64,000 nt of DNA from Octopus bimaculoides (lineage: Eukaryota), in assembly GCF_001194135.2 (NCBI RefSeq), contig NC_068998.1:17962631-18026630 (forward strand), in the 5' to 3' direction. Shown here one piece after another: positions 38,941 through 52,275 of this stretch. The notes under the pieces were generated by a model. The model saw only the letters and a list, made by a program, of their open reading frames with translations. It searched no databases and was not told the DNA's origin. The stretch's first letter is position 1, and the number at the start of each line of letters is the position of its first letter. The translations under genes were made by a program, and so were the position numbers.

Positions 38941-39399
38941 NNNNNNNNNNNNNNNNNNNNNNNNNNNNNNNNNNNNNNNNNNNNNNNNNNNNNNNNNNNN
39001 NNNNNNNNNNNNNNNNNNNNNNNNNNNNNNNNNNNNNNNNNNNNNNNNNNNNNNNNNNNNNNNNNNNNNNNNNNNNNNNNNNNNNNNNNNNNNNNNNNNN
39101 NNNNNNNNNNNNNNNNNNNNNNNNNNNNNNNNNNNNNNNNNNNNNNNNNNNNNNNNNNNNNNNNNNNNNNNNNNNNNNNNNNNNNNNNNNNNNNNNNNNN
39201 NNNNNNNNNNNNNNNNNNNNNNNNNNNNNNNNNNNNNNNNNNNNNNNNNNNNNNNNNNNNNNNNNNNNNNNNNNNNNNNNNNNNNNNNNNNNNNNNNNNA
39301 AGACCCATTTCATTCAGATAGAAACTTTGGTACTTATTTATGGTAGTGTTATCCTCACATAAGCCAAGAGAGAGAGAGAGAGAGAGAGAGAACTAATGA

Positions 39400-40120
39400 A
39401 GTACGAAATGAAAACAGTTAAATAGAGTTACCTCCCTTTACATGGCCTCAGTACGCAGCGAAAGATTATTATTGGTTTAAAATATTATAGCATTAATTTT
39501 TCCTTTGGTAATTACGTGCGTCTCTATACTTTTTTTTTTTTTACGTTTATACGATGTTTCGTGCTCACCTATCAAAAAATCAGATAGTTGTTACGTAGAA
39601 TAATTTAAAAAAATTTTTCTCCGTCTCAAAACACTAAAATATCCGATATTACCGAATTTTGTATAGAATCAGCGGCGTCAAATTACCGTCATCGAGACGT
39701 CCCAAATATATTTATTATTGTACTGCCATTGCTCCCTTGGAAACGGTGTAGCACCTAATATACACGTTTCTTTCCATTTAAAACTTTTCCTCCCTAAATA
39801 CCATTTTCTTAATCATGATTCTCGTCCAGACATCAGCTCTCAAAATAATTATATCATCTTCAAGTTTAGGAAGGTTTGGAAAGGCCATGGGCATTGCTAC
39901 TTCTCTTCGAACTAAATAATCCTTTCTACTAACGGAACAAGGACTGAAATTTGGAGGGAGGGGACTAGTCGATTACATCGACCCAGTATGTAACTGGTAC
40001 TTAATTTATCAACCCCGAAAGAATCAAAGGTAAAGTCGAACTCGGCGGAATTTGAACTCCGAAATACTGCTAAGCATTTCGTCCAGCGTGCTTAATGTTT
40101 CTGCCAGTTCGCTTCCTTAT
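39400..40120. promoter_or_regulatory. CpG-rich island, candidate unmethylated promoter or enhancer inside an intron
   Basis: About 30 CpG in ~720 bp (hand count) against only a few per kb in most intronic sequence. 39400-39900 is not a recognisable repeat. Confidence 0.5.
39915..40118 (-). mobile_element. SINE family A retaining CpGs
   Basis: GACTAGTCGATTACATCGACCC..AAAGTCGAACTCGGCGGAATTTGAACTC, with a short internal deletion. Confidence 0.85.
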
Positions 40121-41574
40121 TTGAACTAAATAATAAAAACAAAATGTATAGTATTGTTTGAATTGACCCAGCTATATTAGCAGGTTTTATAATTATAAAC
40201 TTCAGAGTATAAAAAAGCAAGCCTCACCTGGTTGAGGTTTGAAGTCGTAACAACGAAATTCCACACTAGTTAGCATAAAGCTTCCAGACTAGTATTTGCT
40301 GGCTGTGACACATCAGGTTAATTGGTTTCTCTCAAAGAAAGGGAAAGAACTATTTCCTCATCAAATAGCATCTGGGATCAACAAGGGAAACCCTCCTATA
40401 TGGTGATTTGACCTGCAAGAAATATCAGTCAAAGCTCCCAAAGTCACTCGAAATGGAATGGCTTTTGCCCAGTTAACGGTAATTGTGATTAATCAGTGCT
40501 AATGGCAAATAATTTTGGTCCTAATTTTAAAATAAAATAATTGGCATTAGAGACAGCATCAAGTTTAAAAAAAAAAATATTAAACTTCATATCAACAGTA
40601 AAAAGATTAAGAAATAAAGCAAAATTCAAACTTTATAGGTTTCACTGTGCTGACAAAATTTTGGTTTTTATTTTATCTTTGGTCAGTAAGTGTTATTTTC
40701 TATTTGCTTCTATCTAGAAATCAAAGGAAACGACTACTATTCCCTTCAAACTTAGCTTTTAGTGATCTGGACATCAATGTTTTGAAACCAACCTCTTTTC
40801 CATTACATTTCAGACCAATTCAGCATTGAGTTGCTGAAGCAAAGATATTGTTATTGCAAATATTCTGTCCAATACCACAGATTTGCTTGTCAGTTGCTTG
40901 ACCCTACCCACTTGAGCATATCCCTTAGTGGCTGACAAGATGTGTGTTTCTGATCATGAGCAGAAGTAGTGGGGGAGTATCATACCCATGGGCTGAGATG
41001 GATTCTTATAGGTTTGAATAAATGTAACAAAAGCAAAGTTTGAAGGAAATTTTAACCATTTGTCATACTTTCTGGGGGTAAGCAAATAGGAAATAGCAGT
41101 TGCTAGCCAAGAACAAAAATCGTGTTACACAGTGTTATCATATTACATACAATCAGTGTAAGTTTTTCTTTATAAAGCCATAAAATGTGTAATTCTATTG
41201 ATTTATTGTCACACTAATACTTCCTCTACAGTTTTCTCTGTTCTGAACTGCTTAATCTTGCCACCTCCTTCTTGTGTTTCACCCACACACATCTACTAAA
41301 CACTTTCTCTTATCCTTCTTTCCTTGGATCTGTATTCCTCTGGAAATACCCACCACTACCACCACATGTTTTCACATAAACTTCAATCTGAAATAATTCA
41401 ATTTGAGCAATTAATCATGCTAATTTCACCTTACATCCAATGGAACGCGAACTAAGTTCACCTTTCATTGGATGCAAGGGAACTACATAGGAAGGAACAA
41501 AGAAAGCTATGGACAATACATTGCCTTATCAGGCTAATTAAAAAAAAAATAACTCAGAATATTTATACTATTTG

Positions 41575-41675
41575 ATATGTGGTAAGAAGTTTGCTTCACA
41601 ACCAACTGATTCTTGGTTCGGTCCCACTATGTGGCACCCTGAGCAAGTGTGTTCTATTATAGTCTCGAATATACT
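41575..41675 (+). mobile_element. SINE family C head fragment
   Basis: TGTGGTAAGAAGTTTGCTT..GGTTCGGTCCCACTATGTGGCACCCTGAGCAAGTG. Confidence 0.7.
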
Positions 41676-41879
41676 ATAGCTTCCAATACACCCTTTGTCT
41701 CTTTTTGATGGTAGGGTGTATTTTGAAGATGTTTGGCTGATATTTCTAGCAGGTTAAGTAAGCACATAAAAATTCCCTCTTAGAAATCTTAGAAAGAACC
41801 CAATACCCAATACTGTATAGCAATATCAATCTTGGGAATAGATAGGATAATGATGAACAAAACTAGAATGCCCTGTATG

Positions 41880-42080
41880 TATGAGGGGGTGCTGAAAAGA
41901 TCCTGGCTTTGGGTAAAAGAAAATACATGAGGATCAGTTAATTATGATTTTATCCAACATATTCCCCTTGCAGCAATCTTTCAGTTTTTCTAAGTCCTGT
42001 AAAAGAACTCACTAGGTTGGGCCTCCAGTCAGGCCTTTTCTGAAAGCCTTAAAGTCAGGAACTTTTCAGCACCCTCTTAA
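41880..42080. mobile_element. Mariner-like MITE, second copy
   Basis: TIRs TGAGGGGGTGCTGAAAAGATCCTGGCTT / AAGTCAGGAACTTTTCAGCACCCTCT. Colinear with 8398-8598. Confidence 0.85.
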
Positions 42081-42494
42081 TATATAAATGATAGTGAAGA
42101 CTTGATATCTATTATACCTTATTAAGAAGTGAGGCAGTGATTTATGTTAATGTCTGACAAGGTTGGTATGTTGTATGACATGTCACTGTTGGTGTGTTGT
42201 ATGGTAGCAAAAAGTACTGCTGGTGTGTTTTGTGATAGTTTGATATGAGTTAGTGGTCAGATGTAAATATATAACTTTGGTAACCTCTTTATTAGTTATG
42301 CTATATAGTATACACTTATCTCACTTAGTTTATTACAATTAAAAGCTAAGGTTGATTGTGGATATTTAATATCAAACTTTATTAAAAGTGGTATTTTTTG
42401 AAAACTTCACTTTTGCTCTTATTTTCTCAAAAGGAAAAAAAATTTTAAAAACTTGACAGAAATCAGTGTAACAATAAATTTAAATAAATTACAC

Positions 42495-42592
42495 ACATAC
42501 ACACTGTATATACACACTGTATATACACACTGTATATACACACTGTATATACACACTGTATATACACACTGTATATACACACTGTATATACA
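42495..42592. repeat. 13-bp minisatellite (TATACACACTGTA)~7
   Basis: Perfect tandem units read directly. Confidence 0.9.
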
Positions 42593-42932
42593 TACTTATA
42601 TACATTATTCACATCTGTTATTCCATGCTAGCATGCAAAAACAGATGTAAAAATGAATTGAAATGATATATTTTCCTCACTGCCAAAGATTATAATATAT
42701 GAATTGACATGTCAATAAGGTGTAGTTGTTTAGACATTTTTTTTTTTTTCTTATATTTACCTTTGTTTAAGTAAGTTTTTTTTTTGTTTTTTTTTTGTTT
42801 TTTTTTGTAATGATTATAATGATTTGGTGTTGTGCCACTACAGAGTTGACTGATAAAGCAGCTCTAAACTAAGGTTTTCCTCCTCTTTTAATCTCTTCCA
42901 CTGAGTACTTGCGCCATTGGCTTCTCTTCCAG

Positions 42933-43189
42933 ATTCCCAGTCTTTTGCACCCTTCAGTTCCAGTGAGGCTGGCACACTGGCAGGTACTTCTCCTTTGTCT
43001 GGAACACCTGATAAAGTATCTCCCATGAAGAAGGGGAGCAGTAGCACAGAGACGTCATATGCCAGTGCCTTGGAGGCGCAAGATAATTACGACACGGACC
43101 CCAACGTGTTACGGGCTGCACAGTCTGTCATTAGAGAATCTGCTATCCATGTGATGGCGAGCAACCTAGATGACCACCCAGAAGAAGTG
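42933..43189 (+). CDS. Internal coding exon of host gene (phase 1 to 0)
   Basis: Acceptor CTTCTCTTCCAG|AT and donor GTG|GTTAGT. Frame DSQSFAPFSSSEAGTLAGTSPLSGTPDKVSPMKKGSSSTETSYASALEAQDNYDTDPNVLRAAQSVIRESAIHVMASNLDDHPEEV. GC about 50% in AT-rich flanks, and in phase with both upstream exons. Confidence 0.8.
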
Positions 43190-43648
43190 GTTAGTGTTAA
43201 TGACCTTAATACAATTATATTTCTTTAATATTAACCATCCCCATTATTAATATTTTTTCTTTTGCTAGAGAAATGTTATGTTGCTTTAGACAAAAGAACT
43301 GTTTGTGGCTGCATCGGGTTTTTTTTTTTTTAAATTTATTTTGCCACTCTTCTCTGCTATCTAAATTCCTATTGTTAAACTAAATATTGCCTTTCAACCC
43401 CCTCATTTACTAACCTGTTGTTTTATTGCTAATTTTCGTTGTTGCTATATGTTAATTATTATTAAAATTTCCATTACGATCTGGTATTTTTTGCTTGCTT
43501 ATTTATTCATTCATGTTTTAAATGCACTCCTGTCACACTCAACACTTTTAAAAAAGAAAACGTTTCTATTACATTTATCTGCTTTTTTTAATAACTAAAA
43601 ACTTGCATCCATTGTGTCTCTTTCTTTTCATCACTCTGTACAGACACG

Positions 43649-43689
<41 letters not shown>

Positions 43690-43973
43690 CGCACGCACAC
43701 ACACACACACACACGAATGTAGGAACTGGAGATTTTATTCTTGCCTGGGTTTCATACAGTTTGTCTTTGTGTTGTTTTTTTTAACTAACCATGAGAATTT
43801 GTGTCTTTTTAGGTAACTAGTGTGAAACCTAGGTTTAAAGTAAATCATCAGTTATTGCATATACACGCACACACACACACACACACATATCTATCTCTCT
43901 GTCTCTCTTCCTCTCTCTCTGTCTCTCTTCCTCTCTCTCTGTCTCTCTTCCTCTCTCTCTGTCTCTCTTCCTC

Positions 43974-44006
<33 letters not shown>

Positions 44007-44565
44007 GTATATATATATANNNNNNNNNNNNNNNNNNNNNNNNNNNNNNNNNNNNNNNNNNNNNNNNNNNNNNNNNNNNNNNNNNNNNNNNNNNNNNNNN
44101 NNNNNNNNNNNNNNNNNNNNNNNNNNNNNNNNNNNNNNNNNNNNNNNNNNNNNNNNNNNNNNNNNNNNNNNNNNNNNNNNNNNNNNNNNNNNNNNNNNNN
44201 NNNNNNNNNNNNNNNNNNNNNNNNNNNNNNNNNNNNNNNNNNNNNNNNNNNNNNNNNNNNNNNNNNNNNNNNNNNNNNNNNNNNNNNNNNNNNNNNNNNN
44301 NNNNNNNNNNNNNNNNNNNNNNNNNNNNNNNNNNNNNNNNNNNNNNNNNNNNNNNNNNNNNNNNNNNNNNNNNNNNNNNNNNNNNNNNNNNNNNNNNNNN
44401 NNNNNNNNNNNNNNNNNNNNNNNNNNNNNNNNNNNNNNNNNNNNNNNNNNNNNNNNNNNNNNNNNNNNNNNNNNNNNNNNNNNNNNNNNNNNNNNNNNNN
44501 NNNNNNNNNNNNNNNNNNNNNNNNNNNNNNNNNNNNNNNNNNNNNNNNNNNNNNNNNNNNNNNNN

Positions 44566-44609
<44 letters not shown>

Positions 44610-44625
44610 TGCACACATACATTTG

Positions 44626-44787
44626 TCATCATCATCATCATTTAACATCCCTTTCTCATGGTGGGATGGTTAGTTCAACAGGAACTGATAAACTAGAGGA
44701 TTGTGCTGAGATCCAAAGTCTGCTTTGACATGATTTTTACAGCCGGATAACCTTCCTTATGCCAACCATTTACACAGTGTAATATTT

Positions 44788-44790
<3 letters not shown>
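44626..44790 (-). mobile_element. Repeat family D, decayed
   Basis: (CAT)nTTTAACATCCCTTTCTCATG..TTTTTACAGCCGGATAACCTTCC. Confidence 0.6.
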
Positions 44791-44823
<33 letters not shown>

Positions 44824-47800
44824 GGTGGGGTGAGTGTATTATGAATGTGCATAAACAAGAGATTAAAAATAAAAATAGGAAGAACAAGGTTGGAGTTGAA
44901 CTCCTATACTGAGGTGAGTTTGATGTCCCCCCCCTATCACCACCACCATCACCACCACCACCACTTACATATTACTTCTACTTGGTCTTTTCATATTTTC
45001 TTTCTCTTTATTCCTGCTTGTTCTCTAATAATCATACACTAACACACAAGTGCACACACACACACACTCACAAACACAGTCGCTTTGTTTGTTTATTTAA
45101 ACTAATATGCTATATTGAGCAAAATACTACCTTTATTGTTTCATTATTATTATTATTATTATTATTATTGATTATGTATTGTATTAGAAAAAAATTACAT
45201 GTTTCTATGAATATTTTGTATATGCTAATAACTTATACTATATTTGTTTTTGTTGATTTCATTCTTTAGTATCATGTTTTTGAATTTTATAGAAATAGTT
45301 TCAGTTGCAATTAATTTTAATTACAATAGATTCTTGATGTTGTTGGGTTGTTCTTATTTATTTACTTCAGTAACTATTCTGGTACAAATTATATCTTTTT
45401 TTTTTTTTTTTTTTCACTTCTGCTAATTAATCACTTTGTAATGATAGTGATAACCAATGGGGGAAGTAGTCACATTTTCTGCTTTTTGGTGCAAAAGGGA
45501 GGTTCTTTGATTGCTGTAAAGTTTGCTTTGCAACACAAACACAGAAAGAGAGGAAAAAAGAAAACAAAAAGGAAATAATTTGAACCAGAAAAGTTGCCAA
45601 GATACCGTGGAATACATAAAGAATTGATAATAAATAACATGTGTGTGCGTGCACAAAGGTGGTGGAGNNNNNNNNNNNNNNNNNNNNNNNNNNNNNNNNN
45701 NNNNNNNNNNNNNNNNNNNNNNNNNNNNNNNNNNNNNNNNNNNNNNNNNNNNNNNNNNNNNNNNNNNNNNNNNNNNNNNNNNNNNNNNNNNNNNNNNNNN
45801 NNNNNNNNNNNNNNNNNNNNNNNNNNNNNNNNNNNNNNNNNNNNNNNNNNNNNNNNNNNNNNTCATGTAAATAAATGTTTTATATTGAATTTTCTTTCAA
45901 CACCCCCCAGCCCCCTTTAAGTCCCCCTGCCACCATCACCATGATGACCAAATTTTCTCTTTTCTTTTTCGTCCTCCACACCTCATTCTTGTTCCTTTTC
46001 ACCCCAGGCAATTAAATGTAAAATTAATCTGAATGACTCCAGATCCAGATCTGTTGCTGTCTAAAAAGTACCAGTAAACCAATACCATCCAGTGCACTGA
46101 CATCATCGACTAATAATAATAATAATGATAATAATAATAATAATGATAATGCCACAGGTTATTTCTTCTGTTTATTTTACCATTATTAACTTACTTTTGA
46201 AGTGATGAATAATAATTTTCCTTCCACTCCTAAAAATATTTGCTTTATATTCTAATGATAGCAGATCACATTAGTTTAGAAATGCACCTAGCACCACCAC
46301 TGTCGCCACCACCACATCAGTTCTATCTAACTGCCTTTGATCTATCTGGCTGGCTAACAAGCTGGACGGTCCATTTATCTTCTGTTTTATCTAGTTGTGT
46401 AGATCGTCCCACTATCTTTGTCTACATAGTGACAATGTTCATTGAGTCAACCTGTAGCTATATACAACTAAGCGGCCTTAATTTTTGGTTAGTTCCAAAA
46501 TAATGTCCTGTTTTTATATTTGTTGTCCATTGTGAAGTTTATAACTTTATAAGGCTTTGTTTTTCCTGAGATCTAGATTGTTTTTGTGTTTTTTTTTTTG
46601 TAAGACAGTTCCCAGCATTATAACTAAGTCATTTAATTTGTTATTAAAAAAAAAAAAAACTAGTTTTTAAACCTCACTGATTAAAAATTAAATGACTTCT
46701 CTGTTACAGAATTGTAAATATAATGTCTGTTTCTACTTGATTACTTTCTTATATTTCTTACTGAAACTTCAACTTCTTTGTAAAATATTATTACATAATG
46801 CATCTCATATCCAGTACTTTCTTTCTAATATCATAAATGATGTGTAATATCTACTCTTCCCTTTGTTACATAAGACCTGCTCTTTCATCTGATACACAAG
46901 ACTTTTTCTTTCATTTGATACATTCTCTTTCATCTGGGTGTCCTTCCCTAATTTGAACCATTTTCTGGGGTTTCCTTCTCCAATTTGATTCTCACCATTT
47001 TTACTATGTGCAAAAGTTTTCTTCCCAAAGAAAACTTTCTTATATATTTGCATGTTTGTCATTCAAACTAGTTTTGCTATTCTTCTTTCATTTCTTCTCA
47101 AAATGTTTGGTATTATTATAGTACTGTTTTAATGTTAAAAATTATACTCTCTCTCTTTGCTACAATTTTCCTCCCTCTTTCTCTCTCTTGCTGAAGTAAT
47201 TAATTTACAGTCTACAGAATGGTTTGTGATAAACGCTGCTTAATGTAATAAGTGTTATGGTGTTCTCTTCAGTGTAGCCATTGCATCACCTTGTAACCTT
47301 TCTGTACATGTGAATCTAAGGCAAATTATCTTGTTAGAGAACATTCCTGTCCAATCAAACAGTTGCAGCAGTCTTATTGGAAATATATTCAATATTCTGG
47401 CAAACAAGAACACTCCAGTAATTTCGCAGTATTCATATAATCATTATGACTTGTTCTCTACTCAGTATTGATATAGACTAAGTCTGTCTACATTACTTTA
47501 CTCTAAAGAGACAAGATGGTGTGTCTTCCCATGACAGCAGATCATTGTGTTGTTGAGACCTTGTGAATATATCTACATGCTAATGGTGCTTCCAAAACTA
47601 GTACTTAACAGCAGCTTATGTATGTTGTGGATTGACAGAATTGTTAGAGCATCCTTTAGTTTTAGACCTTTACATTTTGAGTTAAAATCCCACTGCAGTT
47701 GACTTTGCTTTCTATGCTTCTGATGCTGATAAAGTAATTACCAGTCTAACATTAAGGTTGATATTTTTTGAGTGCAGGCTTCATGTATGTCACTTGTATA

Positions 47801-48179
47801 CTGTGGCCCAGCTTGTTGTTCACTAATGAGCAGATGCTGAATGACATAAGCACTTGTTGATATTTTGTTGTTTGAAAAAGACATGAGAGATGATACTCTC
47901 TTTCTTAACCCTCAACCTGCTCTGTACACTATCACTCTAAAGAGGTGATATTTCTAAATAGTTTGAAATTTATTTCGACAGTTATGTGATTAGAGAATAA
48001 AGTGTTCTGTTAAGAGATCCACTGAACATAACTCATAGAGAGTTGTCCAGTATCATATCCACTTGACCATTTCATTTCTTTAACAAAATATGAGGAATTC
48101 TAACCATTAGAATTTATAAGTTAGTAGTGGTGTATATCTGTAGCAAATTAATTCAAAGAAAGACAAGCAAATTGAATAC

Positions 48180-49241
48180 ATTATAGCACTAACTGTGCCG
48201 ACGACACAAAAGTCGAACAGTCAGTCAAGGAAACCTCTGATGCTACGGTCTTACAGAAAGATCTAGATGCCATCTATACATGGGCTGAGGATAACAACAT
48301 GCAGTTTAATGCAAGTAAATTCCAGGCCCTCCGCTAATAGTTAAGCACTGCTCAAGAATCACGACATCTGTACGTTGGACCAAGTGGAGCAACGATCCCA
48401 GAATCAAATACAGTGCATGATCTTGGAATAGAAATGAGCAACAATGCCTCATTTCACACACATATCAACAAAATGATAGCAGTATCCAGAAGACTGGCTG
48501 GTTGGATTCTGAGAACCTTCTGGACAAGGGACCAAGAAACTATGATGACACTATGGAAGTCATTTATCCTCAGCTGACTGGACTACAGCTCTCAGCTATG
48601 GTCACCTTATACTACAAGGACGATAGCAGAGCTTGAAGCAGTCCAANNNNNNNNNNCTCTCAGCTATGGTCACCTTATACTACAAGGACGATAGCAGAGC
48701 TTGAAGCAGTCCAACGACATTACACAAAGAAAATTGCATCAATGGAACAACTGAGCTACTGGGACAGATTGAAAGAGCTACGGCTCTGTTCCCTGGAACG
48801 AAGGCGGGAGAGGTATGCAGTGATACATATATAGAAGATACTGGAAGGACTGGTACCAAACTTTGGAATAAAGAGCTATACCAGACCACGAACAGGATGT
48901 CACTGTGCTGTGCCCACTATGCTGACTGCTTCATCTCGGGCAAGGACAATGTACTGCAATAGCTTGGGTTTCAAGGGCCCACAGCTGTTTAATTGTCTGC
49001 CGAAGCGTCTGAGGAGCCTCCATGGAGTGGATGTAGATGTTTACAAATGTGAACTTGACCTCTGACTCACCGAGATCCTGGATGAGCCAATATCTAGGCA
49101 AGAAGCTCAAAAGAGGGCAGTAAGATCGAACTCCATCCTTCACCAAAAGCTGCTCCGACAAAGGTGGAAAGTGGAAAGATGATCACAATGGTGGTGCTCC
49201 AGCATTGCCACAGTCATTGGACTGAAACATATAAAAGAATA
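48180..49241 (+). mobile_element. 5'-truncated CR1/L2-group LINE: RT C-terminal half plus 3' UTR
   Basis: CADDTKV..LQKDLDAIYTWAEDNNMQFNASKFQ..DLGI..SFHTHI..GWILRTF..LDYSSQLWSPY..LEAVQRHYTKKI..LSYWDRLKELRLCSLERRRERY..GPQLFNCLP. A few in-frame stops. Ends GGTGCTCCAGCATTGCCACAGTCATTGGACTGAAAC + ATATAAAAGAATA. Confidence 0.9.
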
Positions 49242-50326
49242 CTATTATCAAATGATCTCTAGTCATCTTAAGGAGTACATTCAGTTGACCACTTCAACTA
49301 TGGTACATTATTAGATGTTATTGAGCCTGGATAATATAAAGCTACTTCTACCTAACACTTTGAAGTATTTTTTAAACTTACATCTAAATTGAAGTTAGTG
49401 CTATAATGTATTCAATTTGCTTATCTTTCTTTGAATTAATTTGCTACAGATATACACCACTACTTTAAAGTTTATTTTAATTATCTTTTATTCTTTAAAC
49501 TATTAGGTAAATTTTGGAGTTGTTTACATCTAGCAAGGTCCAATTTAGATTTCTTTTGTTTTCCATTCTACTTGGGCTATCAGTGTAAGAAAAAAAAGTA
49601 TTGATAATATCTTACAGTGTTAGTTTTGCTTAGAAGAAACAAATCAATATTTTCAAATGTGATATTCAATATTATTTGTAAACCCTCTACTTGATATGTT
49701 ATGGTTTTCTTGAAATATTAACTTAAAAACTCTTCTTTCATTTGCATATTTCCCATCCTCTGTTTTATTTAGTTATGTATCTTTCCCCACTGTCTCTATC
49801 TACACGGAGTCATTGTCACAGACTTTTCTTCAAAGATAGTTTGAAAAACATCCTTATGTTTCTCAAAAACAAGCTTTAGTCTTCGTTTTTCTATACGTCA
49901 GTGATGTTTCCTGAGGGGTCATTAGGAGTTTCAGGTCTTTCAACATCAGACACCCTCACCCAGGTAACACAGCCAGGATTGATCAAACCCCAAATTTTCT
50001 CTTGCTCGCACTACCCCTGATAAAACTGCTCTTTCCAGGACTCACACCTTCTGATCCACAGCCACCTTGAGACAATTAGAAACAGGTGCATGTCGTTCTT
50101 GACAGTTTTTTTTTTGCCTTTTGCCAGACCAGGTTTTGAGCTAACTTTATCTCAGCACTATTTCAACTTCCCCTTACATCACCATAGTTTCAGTTTGTCC
50201 TCTCTCTTATTCCAACTTCTCATTTTATCACTATGGTTTCAACTTGTTAAATGAACTTAGGCCACATTGATTAAAACTGAGGTGGGGGATGAACAGATGG
50301 ACGCATGGACGGACGACACACACACA

Positions 50327-50382
<56 letters not shown>

Positions 50383-50468
50383 NNNNNNNNNNNNNNNNNN
50401 NNNNNNNNNNNNNNNNNNNNNNNNNNNNNNNNNNNNNNNNNCCACCACACAGACACATACACCCCCCA

Positions 50469-50508
<40 letters not shown>

Positions 50509-51371
50509 TCTCTCTGTAAAATCATGAGAATGCTCAGTGGCATTGCCAGGTATAAACATGAAGGCTCAGCTCTTTTACTAGCAAACAACTTTTTTTACTT
50601 CATCTACCAGCATCATTTATCATGCAGTTTTCTCAACATCATTCATGCTGCTAGGTCTTCCAATGTTTGCACAAAGTTTGCTATTGTCTTATTCAGTTAT
50701 CTTCCTGTTATCTTTCCTGACTTTAGGAAGGTGATTTTTTACATGGAATGTCAAGCTGACTTAGGAAAAAAGTTTTGGATTTTGTAAATTTAATTTGAGC
50801 ATGCGCTATTTAGGTAAGCAAGCATGTTCATTTGTTTTTCTAAAAAAATTGGAAAGATTGCTTCTTGAAAAGCGAGAATAGTCTGATTTCTCCTTTATCT
50901 GCTTAGCTGCTGTGAAAGCAATAAAGTAAAGAGATTTGTCTCATTTGTTAGTCAGCAACTGCTACTAATGTTTGTTTCAGATATTGGCTGAGTATTCTGT
51001 ACATCTCTACAGACTTTCTTCATGTATCATGTGCTTTCTGCTTTACTGTGTAATTTCTTCAGCTACAGTGCTCTTCTTATAAGAAACGCTAAATATCATT
51101 ATTGTGCTTGATGTGCAATTCCTAAGTCACCCGTTTGATGTTTATTATATTCAGATCAGCTGAAACTTAGACACAGTGATGAAACTTCATAAAGACTATA
51201 TAAGGAACTTGGACACAATTGTAAGACTGTGCAGACTACTTAAACAGGCAACTGAAAACATATATATATATNNNNNNNNNNNNNNNNNNNNNNNNNNNNN
51301 NNNNNNNNNNNNNNNNNNNNNNNNNNNNNNNNNNNNNNNNNNNNNNNNNNNNNNNNNNNNNNNNNNNNNNN

Positions 51372-51417
<46 letters not shown>

Positions 51418-51669
51418 TCTTGCTACACACTGCATCAAGAGAGAAATCTCTCATTCTCTCATTGTTTCTACTATAAATATATATACATATATGTATGTAT
51501 GCCTCTGTGTGTGTGTGTTATGCACCTGAAACTTTCTCTAAGCACTTGTCTCTGTCCTTGCTTTCCAAAGCTCTACACACTTTGAATTACAGATCTCCAA
51601 ACTGAACAATATCAGTAATATAGCAAAAAACTACTAGAATGATCATGATACCTCATCTCCTCTGGTTTC

Positions 51670-51890
51670 CTAATAGTCCTTTCTACTAAAAGCACAAGGC
51701 CTGAAATTGTGGGGGCGAGGGGTAGTCTATCACATTGACCCCAGTGCATAACTGGTACTTATTTCATCAATTCTGAAAGGATGAAAGGCAAAGTTGACCG
51801 CTGTGGAATTTGAACTCAGAACAAAAGACGAACAAAATGTCACTAATCATTTTGCCTGGTGGGCTAACGAGTCTACCGGCTCACCACCTT
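51670..51890 (-). mobile_element. SINE family A
   Basis: Family A consensus on the minus strand, with the AGTAGAAAG tail variant. Confidence 0.85.
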
Positions 51891-52275
51891 CTGGTTTCCT
51901 AATAATACATTGCTTTTGTTATCATCATCATTTTTATGCCTGCTTTTCTCCCACATGCTGTCTTGAACTGGATGAGCCACATTGAAGCAGCTCTTTCTTT
52001 CTTGGCAAACCTTAACCTGTTTTTCAGGTAAGATGTGTTCATTCTACTGCTATTCACACATCAAAACCATCAACATATTTTTTCACAGGAGGCTTAAGCA
52101 TGTGTCACTATTTTTGCTCATTGACGGTGTGAAGGCATGCGTATACAAGCACTCATATACATACACACAGATGCAAAACATGCTAGGTGTGGGAGATAGA
52201 AACTGTACAGAAGCTCATTGTTTTATGTATGTATGTATGAAAGTGTGTGTGTATATATATTTATATATATTTATA

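Noticed and set aside
42838-43047. Minus-strand 69-aa ORF overlapping the exon (likewise 62510-62734 and the 9785-10069 alternate frame)
   Set aside because: Shadow ORFs of GC-richer coding exons, with no independent splice or start evidence.
48589-48714. Exact 58-bp direct duplication inside the LINE
   Set aside because: The two copies flank a 10-N gap, which is the typical unmerged contig overlap artefact.
49890-50095. GC-richer patch with splice-like sites
   Set aside because: No frame fits the required phase 0-to-1. It shares AAA.CCTGAAACTCCT with ~15380 in the opposite orientation, so it is more likely an old repeat remnant that I could not classify.
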